Below, piece after piece: positions 35,403-48,600 of a DNA stretch of 64,000 bases; within the stretch, counting starts at the first letter, position 1; the number at the start of each line of letters is the position of its first letter. Source of the DNA: Octopus sinensis (Eukaryota). Position numbers and translations under genes: made by a program. Where the stretch lies: the NCBI RefSeq assembly GCF_006345805.1, contig NC_042997.1, positions 83,700,001 through 83,764,000 of the forward strand, written 5' to 3'. Below the pieces are notes generated by a model. That model worked only from the letters and a program-made list of their open reading frames with translations, did no database searches and was not told the origin of the DNA.

Positions 35403-36164
35403 TACACATGTATGCACACATATATACACATATATCTATATTCAAATATATATTCAGTTGAAGCTTTATTGCTTGTATAAGAGTAACATGGCATAGTATG
35501 GCCAAACACTTAATATGGTAGAAAGACAGTAAGAAGCTTAGAAACTAAACAGCTTTAGTTTCTAATGAATGAAATAAACCTTGCTGTATGTATTGAGTAC
35601 CCCTTTTTCTCTTGTTTGTACATCCACACACACCCAAACACATGAGAAATTCTGTGAAAGTAGAGCAATGTTAACAGCCTAATGCCTCATACTGAAACAT
35701 CTCACTCTGCTCTCAACCTGTTATTCCTGCCTGTCTCTTTACATATTTTTCTATCACTTTCTCTCTCTCTCTCTACCCCCCTCTCTCTCAGTCTGTATAT
35801 CTATCTCTCTCGTTACTAATGGGCCTGGGTAATTTAATACAAGCCAGAATTTCCTGGTAAACAGTGGGAACTACAGCGCAGTCTTAATGCTTTGTTAATT
35901 CCCAATGGCTGTTTACTGCCGGAACTATTCTCAGTGGGTCGGGGTGGTGTTTTTGGGTGCTTTGAATGGCAGGGTGGTGGTGGCAGTGGCAGTAGGCATC
36001 AGTGGGTTGGGGTGGAAAGAGCAGATTCCCAATCTGATTATTGTAAGAATTGGATGAGTTCTGACAGAAAGGCAACGATAAAATGATAGACACGCAAAAA
36101 GATTCATATATACATGTGTGTGTGTGTGTGTGAGAGATAGAGAGGGAGAGAGAGTATATATATG

Positions 36165-36490
36165 CCAGCATGGAACATGAACATTAAATGATGATGATGA
36201 TGAGGAGGATATACATGTATCTATCTATCTATATAATGTTTATGTGTGATGAGTATGTGTGCATGTGTGTATATCATCATCATCATCATCATTTAATGTT
36301 GCTTTCCATGCTTGCATGGGTTGGATGGTTTGATAGGAGTTGGCAAGCTGGAGAGCTGCAGCAGGCTCCAATTTTCTTTAGCATGATTTCTATGGGTGAA
36401 TACCCTTCCTAACACCAACCACTTTTTGTGGCACCAGCACAGGAAGTTTTCTATGTGGCACAGGTTATTTTCACGTAGCACCAGTACCCA
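36165..36490. mobile_element. Family E tails (+ 36165-36205, - 36273-36490)
   Basis: atgccagcatggaacatgaacattaaatgatgatg / catcatcatttaatgttgctttccatgcttgcatggg. Confidence 0.75.
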
Positions 36491-36944
36491 CAGTATATGT
36501 GTGTGTACCTTTATATAAATATATAAGTAAATATATGTGTATGCATATGTGCACACACACACACACTCAAACATACATGTACATGTGTATAAATGTGTTA
36601 CCTATCTCATATTTTCCTTCCTCATAACTGGTAAATTTATATGACATAATATAATACATTAGTAAATATATCTATTATATATAGAAAATACAATATAATA
36701 CTTTAATTCGGGGCTTTCCATTCTCATTTATTCCCCAACTAAGTTTTGGTAGTAAATTTATTCCCCACTGTTTCATTTAGTAATTTAAAACAAGTAAAAA
36801 AAAAAAAAAAAAACGGTAACAGATAAATACAAGTCATTAAATCCAAAGCAGTAGGAAGAAAAAATATAATTTTTTTGCAAAATAATCCCACCTCAAATTT
36901 TTTTTTGGCCTCAGTTTTAAAATTATTTCTGAAAAAATAAAACT

Positions 36945-37317
36945 ATATTCTTTTACATGTTTCAGTCATTTGACTGCAGTGATGTTGGAGCACCGCCTTA
37001 AAGGGTTTCAATTGAAGAAATGACCCTCAGGACTTATACTTAGTAAGCCTAGTACTTATTCTATCGGTGCCTTTTCCTAAATCGTAATTACAGGAACATC
37101 AGTTGTCAAGCGATGGTGGAGGGGAAACAAACACACACACACACACACACACACATATGATGGGCTTCTTTCAATTTCTGTTTACCAACTCCACTCACAA
37201 GGCTTTGGTCAGTCTGAGGCTATAGTAGTAGACACTTGTCCAAGGTGCCACACAGTGGGACAGAACCCAGAAGCATATGGATGGGAAGCAAGGTTCTTAT
37301 CATACAGTCATGCCTGT
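36945..37317 (-). mobile_element. SINE family A
   Basis: Family A motifs. Confidence 0.88.
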
Positions 37318-37413
37318 AAATTTATCTCCTGGATTAACAAAATATATCCTCATGGAGGTAACTTTACTTCATTGTGGGAACCCTGTCATTAGTTACATAT
37401 GCAGTGATCAAGT

Positions 37414-37868
37414 TTAACTCTTTAGCATTTAAACCAGTTGCATTTGGCCAAAATATTCTAGCTGTTTTATATCCAAACTGAACAGATCTGGCCTCTCACA
37501 CCTACCCTATGATGTCATTTTAAATGAATACAAATCACATCATCACAATCTCTCAGAGCTTTGAGATAATGCATGATTAATTCAAATGAATGTGAATATA
37601 TGGGGGTTGCTGAAAATTTCCTGTTTTAAAGGGTATTGTAAAAGGCCTTGTTGGAGGCCCAACCTTCTGAGTTCTTTTACAGGGCTTAGCAAAAAAAAAA
37701 ACTGAAGAACAAATGCAATAAGTGTATGAATCTGAGATGGAAAAATGTTAAATAAAATCGTAATTAACCGATCCTCCTGATTTTTTCTTACACCCAAAGC
37801 TAGGAACTTTTCAGCACCCACTCCCAAACATTACATTTGATAGAGCAATCCAAATATTAAAGGGTTAA
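37414..37868 (+). mobile_element. piggyBac-type MITE family G with a nested mariner MITE
   Basis: TTAA-ctctttagcattt..aaatattaaaggg-TTAA (TTAA TSD and short TIR). Confidence 0.8.
37597..37825 (+). mobile_element. Mariner-derived MITE
   Basis: TIRs ggggttgctgaaaatttcct / aggaacttttcagcaccc, starting at a TA; interior resembles a transposase C-terminus (EFFYRA..; EEQMQ/CNKCMNLR-like). Confidence 0.75.
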
Positions 37869-38167
37869 AATAAAGCTGTTCTCATTTTTCTCATTTTTGC
37901 AATACACTGCAATATAATAACAACAACAGAAACAAAAAAAATGAACCTTAGCAATTACAAACATCTAGTTGCATTTTAGTAAGTACACTTTCAAGAGTTA
38001 TCTCTCTGGTAAAAATAAATAAACATGTCAGATTAAAAACACAACCCTAAGATTCTTTGTTATATGTCTTCCAACTGTTGTACTAATTATGTTAGTAGAG
38101 TGTTCCTTGTGAGAAGTGGGGACTGAGAGGATTGAAAGGGATAAAAGGGTGCTATAAATATATATTT

Positions 38168-38485
38168 CACCTTTTACTTGTTTCAGTCATTAAATTGCAG
38201 CCATGCTGGGACACTACCTTGTAGAAATTTTAGTCAAATGAATTGAGCCCCAGTACTTTTCCAGGCTTAAGCCTGGTACTTATTCTATTGATCTATTTTG
38301 CTGAACTGCTCAGTCACAGAGATGTAAACACACCAACACTGGTAGGGGGACAGACACAGACACAAAGACACACACACACATTGGGCTTCTTTCAGTTTCC
38401 ATCTACCAAATCCACTCACAAGGCTTTGGTTGGCCTCAGGCTATAGTAGTAGAGACCTGCCCAAGGTGCCATGCAATGGGACTGT
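38168..38485 (-). mobile_element. SINE family A
   Basis: Family A motifs. Confidence 0.88.
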
Positions 38486-38998
38486 GTACATTTAACTTTT
38501 TAAAAAAAATTTGACCAGCATCACAGCAAACAAAGAAGGATTATATGGAAGTAATTCTGCTTTGACTTCTTATTACTAAAAAGTGACGGCAAATAATTTC
38601 ACAAATATTATTTTCAGAGTAGGGGAAACTGGCATTTGGAAGTTGTGTTAGTGACATATCAACCACTGAACTAAAGAGGATTCTTGTGAGATTGTACTTA
38701 GTCTTACAAGATCCTTGAAAGAGGGACACAATGGAAAGGGTCTCAATTTTCTTTTCACAACCCTTAGAAGTTGACTTGATATCAATAATATTGCTTAATC
38801 AAACAATCATTTATATTGATTTCAAATTTTGGCATGATGCCAGCAAATTTTTTTGTGGGGTGAGGTAAGGGACCTAAAAATACTAGACTATAACTATAGC
38901 ACAGGCAAGTAAACTCCTGACAAAATGAAGTAGTGGTAAGGGTTCAATACTTACTTGCAGATAGTTCAGTTTAATTGCAGTGCTATTTTATTTATTGC

Positions 38999-39220
38999 TT
39001 AACCCGTTAGCATTCACATTTCTTATTAAAAGTAATGTTTCTTTATCACATTGTTTTGAAGTAATCATACATTATCTTACAGAGATTTCAATGAGGTTTA
39101 CAATTAGAATAACAGTGTAGGGTAGGTGGGATCTGGGTAGGTTAGATCTGGCCAGTTTGAATGTACAATAGATAAAATATTTAAGCCTGATATTGCTGGT
39201 TTAAATACTAAAGGAATTAT
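38999..39220 (-). mobile_element. piggyBac-type MITE family G
   Basis: TTAAcccgttagcattc..aaatactaaagg; reverse complement of the family G body. Confidence 0.75.
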
Positions 39221-40246
39221 CAGGAGGGAGGCCCTGAAAAAGGTTACTGGGACTAAGGAAGGTACCTGGAAACTAGAGACTTAGCCCAGATGAATGTAAC
39301 AAAGGTATCCAAGGACCACAGCTGGTGGTGCTAAACTAAGTAAGATATTAAGTCCACCACTCAATTCCCTCCAAAAACAGAAAATGAAGCATAGCCACAA
39401 CACAACTTCCTATTTTTATATAAATTATACACCTTAGTCTTGTGCCTACCAATGAAATCAATAATGAGTAAAGGTTTACCTTCCCACCTGTCATAATGTG
39501 GAAAGGAAATGTATTGGTGATTATAAAGGTGAGAAAAAAAAAATGGTGGTAAAAAGAAAAAGAGAAAAGCAGAAGATAAAAACGGATAAGTAATGTACAA
39601 TAACCAATTGTTTTCTCTTTAGCATCGTTTTCTTGTTAGCAATTTTGTGAGTTTTCAGTGATTTCTTCTCCATTTCCATTCAATTCTAAGCAGGTAATGG
39701 ATCTCTGATGGAAGTTTGAAAACTGCTACAGACATATTTTAAACAAAACTTGTGTATTTACAGCCGGAATTCTCTTCCAGCACAGCTTATTGCTTAACAA
39801 TAAAAATAAAGAAAAAAACAAAAAAACTCCAAAACCAACAAAAAACAAAACTTGGCAATGAGTCTGTTTTCTTACTTTTGATTATAGATTTACATTTTTT
39901 TTCCTGGAAGGACTTTCTCTAGAATCATTTAAAGAAAAAAAGACTAAAAGAATAATAAAATTTTAAAAAAAATCTGAGGCATCTATACAAAATTTGGAAT
40001 GGAGAGATTTGAGAGTTAATAAAAGGAAAAGAGTAAAAAGATAAACAAATTTTTGTGTGTATGTATAGAGAGTAGACTGGATAACGATGGCATGAGATTC
40101 AAGCAATTTGGAAGGAAAAGAGGGACAGTGTGGTTTAGAGATGATGGATCATGAATAGTAGTTACACTGCTGGAAGGAACAATTTGACAATTATATATAT
40201 ATATATTTTATTGAAGCCAAATATATGTGTATGTATGTATATTCAT

Positions 40247-40289
<43 letters not shown>

Positions 40290-40356
40290 CACTCACACAA
40301 ATAGATAAATATAAATGTATATTATTTTATTGAAGCTGCATATATATATATATACA

Positions 40357-40485
<129 letters not shown>

Positions 40486-41581
40486 TCTGTATGTGTAATT
40501 CCCTTGAATATAAATATTTACATAAATCTATATGTATGTATAGACTTATTTCTGGGTGTATACACACACACATTAGAGGATAACTGAATGCTGACAAATT
40601 TTAGAATTTTCAAAGATAATAAATATAGTTATTGGAAAGAAAAAAAGTACTTAAAAAATATTACCACCACCACCACCACAAAAACAAACAACAACTACGG
40701 AGTTGAAGATGAAGAGGTAGATATGAAAGGACAAATTCCATTTGGATGGGAGAAGAAACATGGAGGGAGGGTGGGGAAGTATGGCTAGAAAATTGGGAAA
40801 GCTCCATATCAAGAAAAGTGCTACCCACTATATATTTTTACAAACATTTTTAAAATATTGAAAAAGAAGGGAAAGGTGAAGGATAAAGTAGGGAGAGGAG
40901 GAGGAGGAGGGGAAGAGGAAGGGAGGAGGAGTAAAAAGAGGAATGTGTAAAAACCTTGGGAAAGCCAGAAATCTTTATTTTTCAGTTAAATTATTTGTTT
41001 TGTTTCCTCTTTTTTTTTATTCCACCATCTTTCCTCAAATAATGAACAAAAGTACAGGACAGTAAAAGAAGAAGACATTTTAAAATACTAGAGAGGTGTG
41101 AAAAACAACAACAATAACAGATGATGATGAAACAAGAATGGAGGAAAAAGAAATAATTTTTTTTTTTGAAGGAAAAAAACATTGCCTGAGGCAGACAGAT
41201 AGAGATCTATACATATTTTTCTTTTTTTTCTTCTTTCTTTTTTTCTTCAATAAAATAAGGAGGAAAAAGAAACAGCTTGAAGAAGGAGAAATGTTTGAAG
41301 AGTAAAAAGGAGAGAAAAGCGGTTGGAAGAATGAAGAAATGGAAACTGTTAAGAAAGATATTACATGAGCTTGTTTTCTAAAACAATAGGTAGGTGTAAA
41401 AGAGGAGATACACAGACAGATAGATAGATAGAGAGAGAGAGAGAGAAAGAGAGAGAAAGGAGTTAATGAAATAATGTCAGAGTTGGAGGTCATCTTTGCC
41501 TTTCATCTCTCAGAGGCTGATTGATAAGGTACTAATTAACCTAAAACTGTACAATGCTGAAGTTATTAGTGTTGCGATTGT

Positions 41582-42216
41582 TTAACCCTTTACAATTTAA
41601 ACAGGCCCAAATATTCAACTTCTTTTGTGATCACACTTACCAGTTTCAATCTCTTACACCTGCCCTACAATTTATTTTATTCTTTTACTTGTTTCAGTCA
41701 TTTGGCTGTGGCCATGCTGGAGCACCACCTTTAGTTGAGCAAATCAACCCCAAGACTTATTCTTTGTAAGCCTAGTACTTATTCTCTCGGTCTCTTTTGC
41801 CGAACTACTAAGTTATGGGGATGTAAACACACCACCATCAGTTGTCAAGTGATGTTGGGGGACAAACACAGACACATAAACATATACACACACACATATA
41901 CATATATACGACGGGCTTCTTTCAGTTTCTGTCTACCAAATCCACTCACAAGGCTTTGGTCGGCCTGAGGCTATAGTAGAAGACACTTGCCCAAGGTGAC
42001 ATGCAGTGGAAACAAGTGGTTTCCTGGAAACGTGGTTGGTAAGCAAGCTACTTGCCACACAGCCACTCCTGCATCTATCAATGTCAATCTAAAACAAAAA
42101 AATTAGTAATTACATCAAAATCTTGAGGCCATGAGATAATGAGTGATTAATTCAAAACTATGTGAATAAATAAGCATTACGTTTGACACAGTGATGTGAA
42201 TGCTAAAGAATGTTAA
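41582..42216 (+). mobile_element. piggyBac-type MITE family G interrupted by SINE family A (-, 41671-42075)
   Basis: TTAAccctttacaattt..gaatgctaaagaatgTTAA; the body is continuous across the SINE (ccctacaat / caatgtcaatctaaaa). Confidence 0.8.
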
Positions 42217-42329
42217 CGTTTATTTTTCCATGCTTGCATAGGTTTGACAAAATTTGTTGAGGTGGATATTCTATGGCCAGATGCCTTTCCAGTCACCAAC
42301 CATCACCTGTTTCTGAGTAAGGTAATGAC

Positions 42330-43160
42330 CAATTTTCTTGGTTTCATCATGTCCAATGACGCTAAGTTGGATAAAAAAATTGAGTTCAGAATCAGGAAGG
42401 CAAGTTCCGCTTTTGGTAAGCTTTACCATAGGCTGTGGAACAGCCACAACATATTGTTGAAGGTGAAAGTTGATGTATACAAGTTGGTAGTCTTGATATC
42501 ATTGCTTTATAAGCCTGAATCTTGGACTCTGTACCAAAAGCACATGAACCAGCTTGATGCTTGTGCACTTTCTCCAATATCAAACTGAACAAACATATTT
42601 GTAACAATGAGGTGCTAACAAAATACAACATATCAGGTGTTGAAGTCATCCTCATCAAAATACAGCTTAAATACAGAACATCTCTCACACATGAGTGATA
42701 TCAAAATTCTGAAGCAACTCCTCTTTGGTCAATTACCAACAAGAAGGTCAGTTGGAAGATCACTTTTGTACTTCAAAGACAAACTGAAATGATGCAACAT
42801 TCCCTTTTCTTCCTAGGAAAACAAAGCACTGGAATGCAAGGCCTGATGCCAGTCCTGCTTCTCCTCAGTCCAAAGATTTGAGCAAAGTTGACTCCAATAT
42901 CAGGACCAATTTCGTGCAAGTATGAAGGCACACTGACAAAATGCCACTCCTCCAAATGAAACACTTAACTGTCATGTAGTTTTGTGGCATGGAGCAAAAG
43001 AGGCCTTGCCATCCACTCAAGAAAACATGTAGCAAATGACCAAATTTGTCCCATTTGTTGAAAGGTTTGCAAAGCACCAGCAGGCCTCAAGAGACATGTG
43101 TGTTCATAGAACATAAATAATGCTTTTTTTTTTACTGAACTCCTGATGAGAGAATCCATT
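42330..43160 (+). pseudogene. RTE-clade LINE ORF C-terminal third, decayed
   Basis: FLGFIMSNDAKLDKKIEFRIRKASSAFGKLYHRLWNSHNILLKVKVDVYKLVVLISLLYKPESWTLYQKH (RTE LG..ASSAFG.L..R.W..LLYG.E.WT pattern); later CPIC*KVCKAPAGLKRH zinc-finger-like motif (~43048-43098). Confidence 0.9.
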
Positions 43161-43659
43161 ATATGTATATATTTCCAAAAATGAGTTTAAAGGGATGTTA
43201 ATTCGGTTTCAGATGCTGGATAACCACGATGGTCCTTTTGTGATACCCAAGGCAACAATAAGTTGCAGGCTCTGTCAACTTTTCTCACTAGATAAATCCG
43301 ATTGTCCTGTTCAAGACTGCTTATTTCTACACAGTAATTAATAGTATTAACAATGATAAGGAGAACATAAATTTCTATTTTTTCACATCCATAATTTTAT
43401 TTAATAATTCTTTACATCATGGTCCCATAAAGATAATGTAAATAACTGTTAGATAAACTTATGAATGAGAAAATCTCCATTCTCCTTATCATTATTAATA
43501 CTATATATGTATATATATATGTGTGTGTGTGTGTGTATTATATATATATATATATATATATATCCATACCTAGAGATACCCTGAGACATAATAACATGTA
43601 ACCAAACAAAAGCAAAGGAGCTCTTAAATGTATGTTATGAGGTTTTTTTACCCAAAACA

Positions 43660-43835
43660 CACACACACACACACACGTTATATTGCTTTTTGCCTGCAAA
43701 ATCTATTCACAAGGCTTTGTTGGTCCAGGGCTTTGGTAGATGACACTTGCTCAAGAGGCCATGCAGTGGGATTGAACCCAAAATTATGTAGTTGCTAAAT
43801 AAACTTCTTACCACACAGCCAAACCTGCACCTATT
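43660..43835 (-). mobile_element. SINE family A, 5' part
   Basis: tcacaaggctttg..gtgggattgaaccc..ttaccacacagcc. Confidence 0.8.
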
Positions 43836-44353
43836 ATATATTACAGTATTTGCTCTAGCTCTTTCTTCTTTGAGTTCAAAGCCACTATGGTCTACTTGTC
43901 CAGTTTAACCAAAAAAGAAAGAAACTGAGGAGATATATGGTGACTGAGTGAGAGAGAGAAAGATAAAGAGAGAGAGAGAGAAATTGAGAGGGGTGGCTGG
44001 AGAAAAAACTGAGAAAGGAAGAATAAATGAAGATGAAGAAGTGTTGAAAAAATAGAGAAGGAAAGGAAGATAGATAGATAGATAAGGAAAGAGAGAGAGA
44101 GAAGGAGAGAAACAAAGAAAGAGAGACAGTGAGATAGGTTTAAATGAGAGGGAAAGTGAGACGGCGAAAAATGATCAACTACAAGAAAGAAAATAGAAAT
44201 GAGAAAAAGAGAGAGGGAGTGCGTGTGTGTGTAGAAAGAAGAAACCAAAGAGAAATAGAAAAGGTGATAGACAGGCAAATGTGCAGACAGGCATAATTAA
44301 GTGGCAACAGAGACATACTAAAGTTCAAAAATAGATGTATATAGCAGGCTGCT

Positions 44354-44409
<56 letters not shown>

Positions 44410-44414
44410 GATAG

Positions 44415-44575
44415 CACAGCCATAGCTGTGTGGTTAAGAAGCTTCCTTCCCTAGTATGTGATCTTGGGTTCAGTCCACTGGGTAATACCCTGAGCAAATG
44501 TTTTCCACTACAGCCTCAGGCAGATTTTAGTGGACAGAAAGTGAAAGAAACCTGCTGTGTGTGTGTGTGTGTGTG
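44415..44575 (+). mobile_element. SINE family A, 5' part
   Basis: agctgtgtggttaagaagcttcc..gggttcagtcc. Confidence 0.8.
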
Positions 44576-44620
44576 CATGCAACTACATATACATATCATT
44601 ATTCTTTAATATCTGCTGGC

Positions 44621-44651
<31 letters not shown>

Positions 44652-44664
44652 ATATATATACACA

Positions 44665-44865
44665 TATGATTGATTGCTAGCCACCAAACCTTTTTTATTT
44701 TCTCTCTCTGTTTATTTCCGTGTTCCTTTCTGTTGAAGAGCATAGGCTCGAAACGTAAAAGACTTTTTCACTTCCCGAGTGTTAAACTAATACATCTGTT
44801 TGTTGTTTACACACCCATCTTCATCTTTTGTTTTGTTTTTTGTAAATTCCAACTATATATATATA
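44665..44865 (+). mobile_element. ~200-bp pLTR-like insertion in (TA)n carrying a minimal hammerhead-like motif (44726-44761)
   Basis: cttt-CTGTTGA-a-gagc-atag-gctc-GAAAC-GTA-aaag; (TA)n on both sides. Confidence 0.6.
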
Positions 44866-45004
44866 TTGTAGCTTCTGTCTGTCTTTAATGACCATGGACA
44901 AAGATTCCAGTTGTCTACCCATTTGAACAGCACTATCTGTGGCTGAACAGTCTATCTCTCCAGTGTAGAATGCCTGAAAAGATGCAAGCAGGTCTCAGGT
45001 GTTG

Positions 45005-45190
45005 TTACAACAAGGTTGTTGACAACATCAAACTGCCCCAGGGGCTCTGACACCCAATTTTCCCCTCAGGGTTTACTCCTGAAGCCATTCTCATGGCTGA
45101 GCATGGCTGCAAAGCAAACAGAGGTTTAGCATCAGAGCTTTTCCTTCTTCTAGATAGTTTGCTCCCATCAACGTAATTGAGCTCCATCAC
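45005..45190 (-). mobile_element. RTE 5'UTR-like (Ceph-domain-like) relic
   Basis: Reverse complement contains atctagaagaaggaaaagctctgatgctaaacc..ggcttcaggagtaaaccctgaggggaaaat, recalled as similar to RTE 5'UTR-derived motifs; unverified. Confidence 0.45.
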
Positions 45191-45436
45191 CCCAAATGAC
45201 TTATTGATTAATTCATAGGTGAGACCCTGACAGGTGCTACTACTCCAGCTCTGAGTAGACAAGGAAACAATAGTATCTAAGAAGTGATTCCACACTCCTC
45301 AAAACCCTAGAACTCCCAAAACAGGGCTCCACTATGGGAGGAAGTTTGAAGTCATACCAAGGATGAATATATTATTAGTGCTATGCAATGCATGAAGTTC
45401 TGGGCCCTTGAGTCATGTTTGTAAGTTTTCAGTCAA

Positions 45437-46068
45437 GGTGCAGGCATGGCAGTGTGGTAAGAAGTTTGCTTCCCAACCACATGGTTCTGGGATCAGTCCT
45501 ATTGTGTTACACCTTGAGCAAGCATCCTCTACTAAAGCCTTGAGAGTGGATTTTGTAGATGGAAACTGAAAGAAGCCTGTCGTGTATGTGTATATGTGCA
45601 CATGTGTGTCTTTGTGTGTATAGCTGTATCTGTGTTTCTCCCCCCCCCCCCTGCTTGACAACCAGAGTTGGTGTGCTCATGTCCCCATAACTTAGCAGTT
45701 CAGCAAAAGAGAGATTGACAGAATAAGTAGCAGGCTTAACAAAAATTAGGTAGAGGTCAATTCATTCAACTAAAAATTCTTCAAGAAAGTGCCCCAGCAT
45801 GGCCGCAGTCTAATGACAGAAGCAAACACCATTTGGGTGTGGCTATTGCCAGTACTGCCTGACTGGCCCTTGTGCTGGTGGCACGTAAAAGCACCCACTA
45901 TACTCTCGGAGTGGTTGACATTAGGAAGTGCATCCAGCTGTAGAAACTCTGCCAGATCAAGATTAGAGCCTGGTGCAGCAATCTGGTTCGCCAGTCCTCA
46001 GTCAAATTCTCCAACCCATGCTAGCATGGAAAGTGGACGTTAAACGATGATGATGATGATGATGATGA
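45437..46068 (+). mobile_element. SINE family A (45437-45820) followed by family E element (45825-46068)
   Basis: Family A motifs, then gtgctggtggcacgtaaaagcacccactatactctcggagtggttg..gttaaacgatgatg. Confidence 0.88.
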
Positions 46069-46554
46069 AGTAAAAGAAAGATATATATCTATTAATAAAC
46101 GGATATTTATCTAAGCTAGGAGGTTGTTAGGATAACAGACAGATAGAAGGATAAATAGAAGATTGGGGATATTAGAAGAAGAGATTGATGGGTAGATGGA
46201 TGGACTGGAAGATGGATAGATAGGAAATCGAGAGATAAATTAATAGATAATTAATGTATTATATATAATTACTACATACAATTGATGTTTATTGTATTAA
46301 TGATGCGAATGTGTGTGTGCTTGTGTGTGCATATGGAGAGAGAGGGGGGGGGAAAGAGAGAGCAAGTGGATTTGAGAAAGAAAGACTAAAAAGACCAGAA
46401 ATGAGTTATAAGTGAAAGAATGAAGAAATTGAAATGTGTAAAAAACATTGAGAAGCAAATATTTACTTGTTTTTTAAAAACATTTTTGTTAAATTTTTTA
46501 ATGTTCTTTTCTGTCTCTTACTCTGTTTTTTTTAAATATAAACAGAAAGGAGTT

Positions 46555-46579
46555 ATATAGATATGTATATATATAAATG

Positions 46580-46645
<66 letters not shown>

Positions 46646-46673
46646 TATATATATATATATATACACATACATT

Positions 46674-46709
<36 letters not shown>

Positions 46710-46766
46710 TTTTATATATATATATATTATATATATATATACACACACATACATTTATATATATAT

Positions 46767-46799
<33 letters not shown>

Positions 46800-46914
46800 C
46801 ATACATACATATATATACATATATATACATACATACATATATATACATATATATATACATACATACATACATACATACATATACATACATACATACATAT
46901 ATATACATACATAC

Positions 46915-46948
<34 letters not shown>

Positions 46949-47034
46949 ACATATATATACATACATACATATATATACATATATATACATACATACATAT
47001 ACATACATATACATACATACATATATATATATAC

Positions 47035-47068
<34 letters not shown>

Positions 47069-47097
47069 CATACATACATACATACATATATACATAC

Positions 47098-47128
<31 letters not shown>

Positions 47129-47295
47129 GATACATATATATATATATATATACACATACATATAGATATATATATATACATACATATATATATATACACA
47201 CACACACACACATATGTATATATATAAATGTGTATATGTATACATACACATAAAGACATATTTTCCCTATATGCACACACACACACACACACACA
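46555..47295. repeat. ~740-bp compound (TA)/(TACA) low-complexity tract
   Basis: Direct observation; source of the long YI/MYV pseudo-ORFs. Confidence 0.95.
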
Positions 47296-47994
47296 AATTT
47301 ATTGCCTATATACGCAAACATATATACATGTTTGTGTGTGTGTCAATAGACAAATCAAAACACATAACTCAGACATATATATATTCCTAGTTATACACAC
47401 AAATACACACTATACTTCAGAGAATGGTTGCATGGCTGTCTTTCTTCGTGAAGAATTAAATCAGGGAGGAGACTGTTTTGCTTTTGACAGAATTGAACTG
47501 AAAACAGGAGTCAGAGTAGCTGAGTTGAAATGATTGAAGTAATCTTAAACATCTGGTGAAGTTTGGAGGCAAAAATGAAGCCAAAAAAAAAAGAACAAAA
47601 AAGAAAAAATCTACCCTAAACATAAAGAAAAAAAAAGAAAATGACAACTCACAGGAAAAAATATATAAAAAAACCTAAGAACAACCAAAAACTCTAACCC
47701 CTCCCCCTCCAACCTCATAAATACTCTTGCAACAACTGAAGACCCGGCAGCCTTATTAAAGGGTAATCAACTGTCACAAAGTTTCACAGTCACCCCAGCA
47801 TCATACACAGGAGAGGCGATATAGATGTGAAATGTGCACATAAATGAGCAGCTGTATGTGTGAAGTAGTTTAAAATCGTTGGAACTAGTTATTGGCACTC
47901 ACGTACACAACACACACCTCACACATATACACAGGGAAGAAAAAAGAAATTGTATAATGATATATAAATAACGATGGCATTCTGAAAGTAGAAC

Positions 47995-48227
47995 CTGTCT
48001 GTCTGTATGTCTATCTATCTATCTATCTCTGTTTCTATATATATGTAGGTATGTATGTATGTTTGTGTCTGTTTGTCTATACATCTATCTATATAACTAT
48101 CTATGCATCAATCTGTCTGTCTGTCTATGTATGTATGTATGCATGTGTCTGTCTATGTATCTATCTGTCTATGCGTGTATGTATGTATCTATCTATATCT
48201 CTGCAGCTATCTGTCTATGCATGCATG

Positions 48228-48277
<50 letters not shown>

Positions 48278-48435
48278 CCTACCTACCTACCTGCCTGCCT
48301 GCCTACCTACATACCTACCTTCCTACCTAAGCATTGATTTATATTTCTAGCTATCCACCAACATATCCATCCCTCCCTCACTCTTTCTATATCTATCAAA
48401 CTATCTGTATCTGTCTGTCTGTCTATCTATCTAGA
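47995..48435. repeat. Degenerate (TCTA/TCTG/TGTA/CCTA)n tract
   Basis: Direct observation. Confidence 0.9.
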
Positions 48436-48514
48436 CATGCACATACACAATTTGGTGTACTTACAGGGGGAAAAAAGCTCTCAATACATACAGTATAATT
48501 TTTCTGAATGAACA

Positions 48515-48600
48515 GACACACCATCATCATCCAAATTGCTCTAACTCATTCTCTCCAGTCTGTTTGGTCTACCATTGCACATGGTAAGTCTTCTGCTATT
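48515..48600 (-). mobile_element. RTE-like 3' terminal relic
   Basis: EDLPCAMVDQTDWRE*VRAI followed by gatgatgatg. Confidence 0.5.

Noticed and set aside
46498-47321. Longest ORFs (174-264 aa) on both strands
   Set aside because: Translations of (TA)/(TACA) microsatellite, open in several frames; no coding signal.
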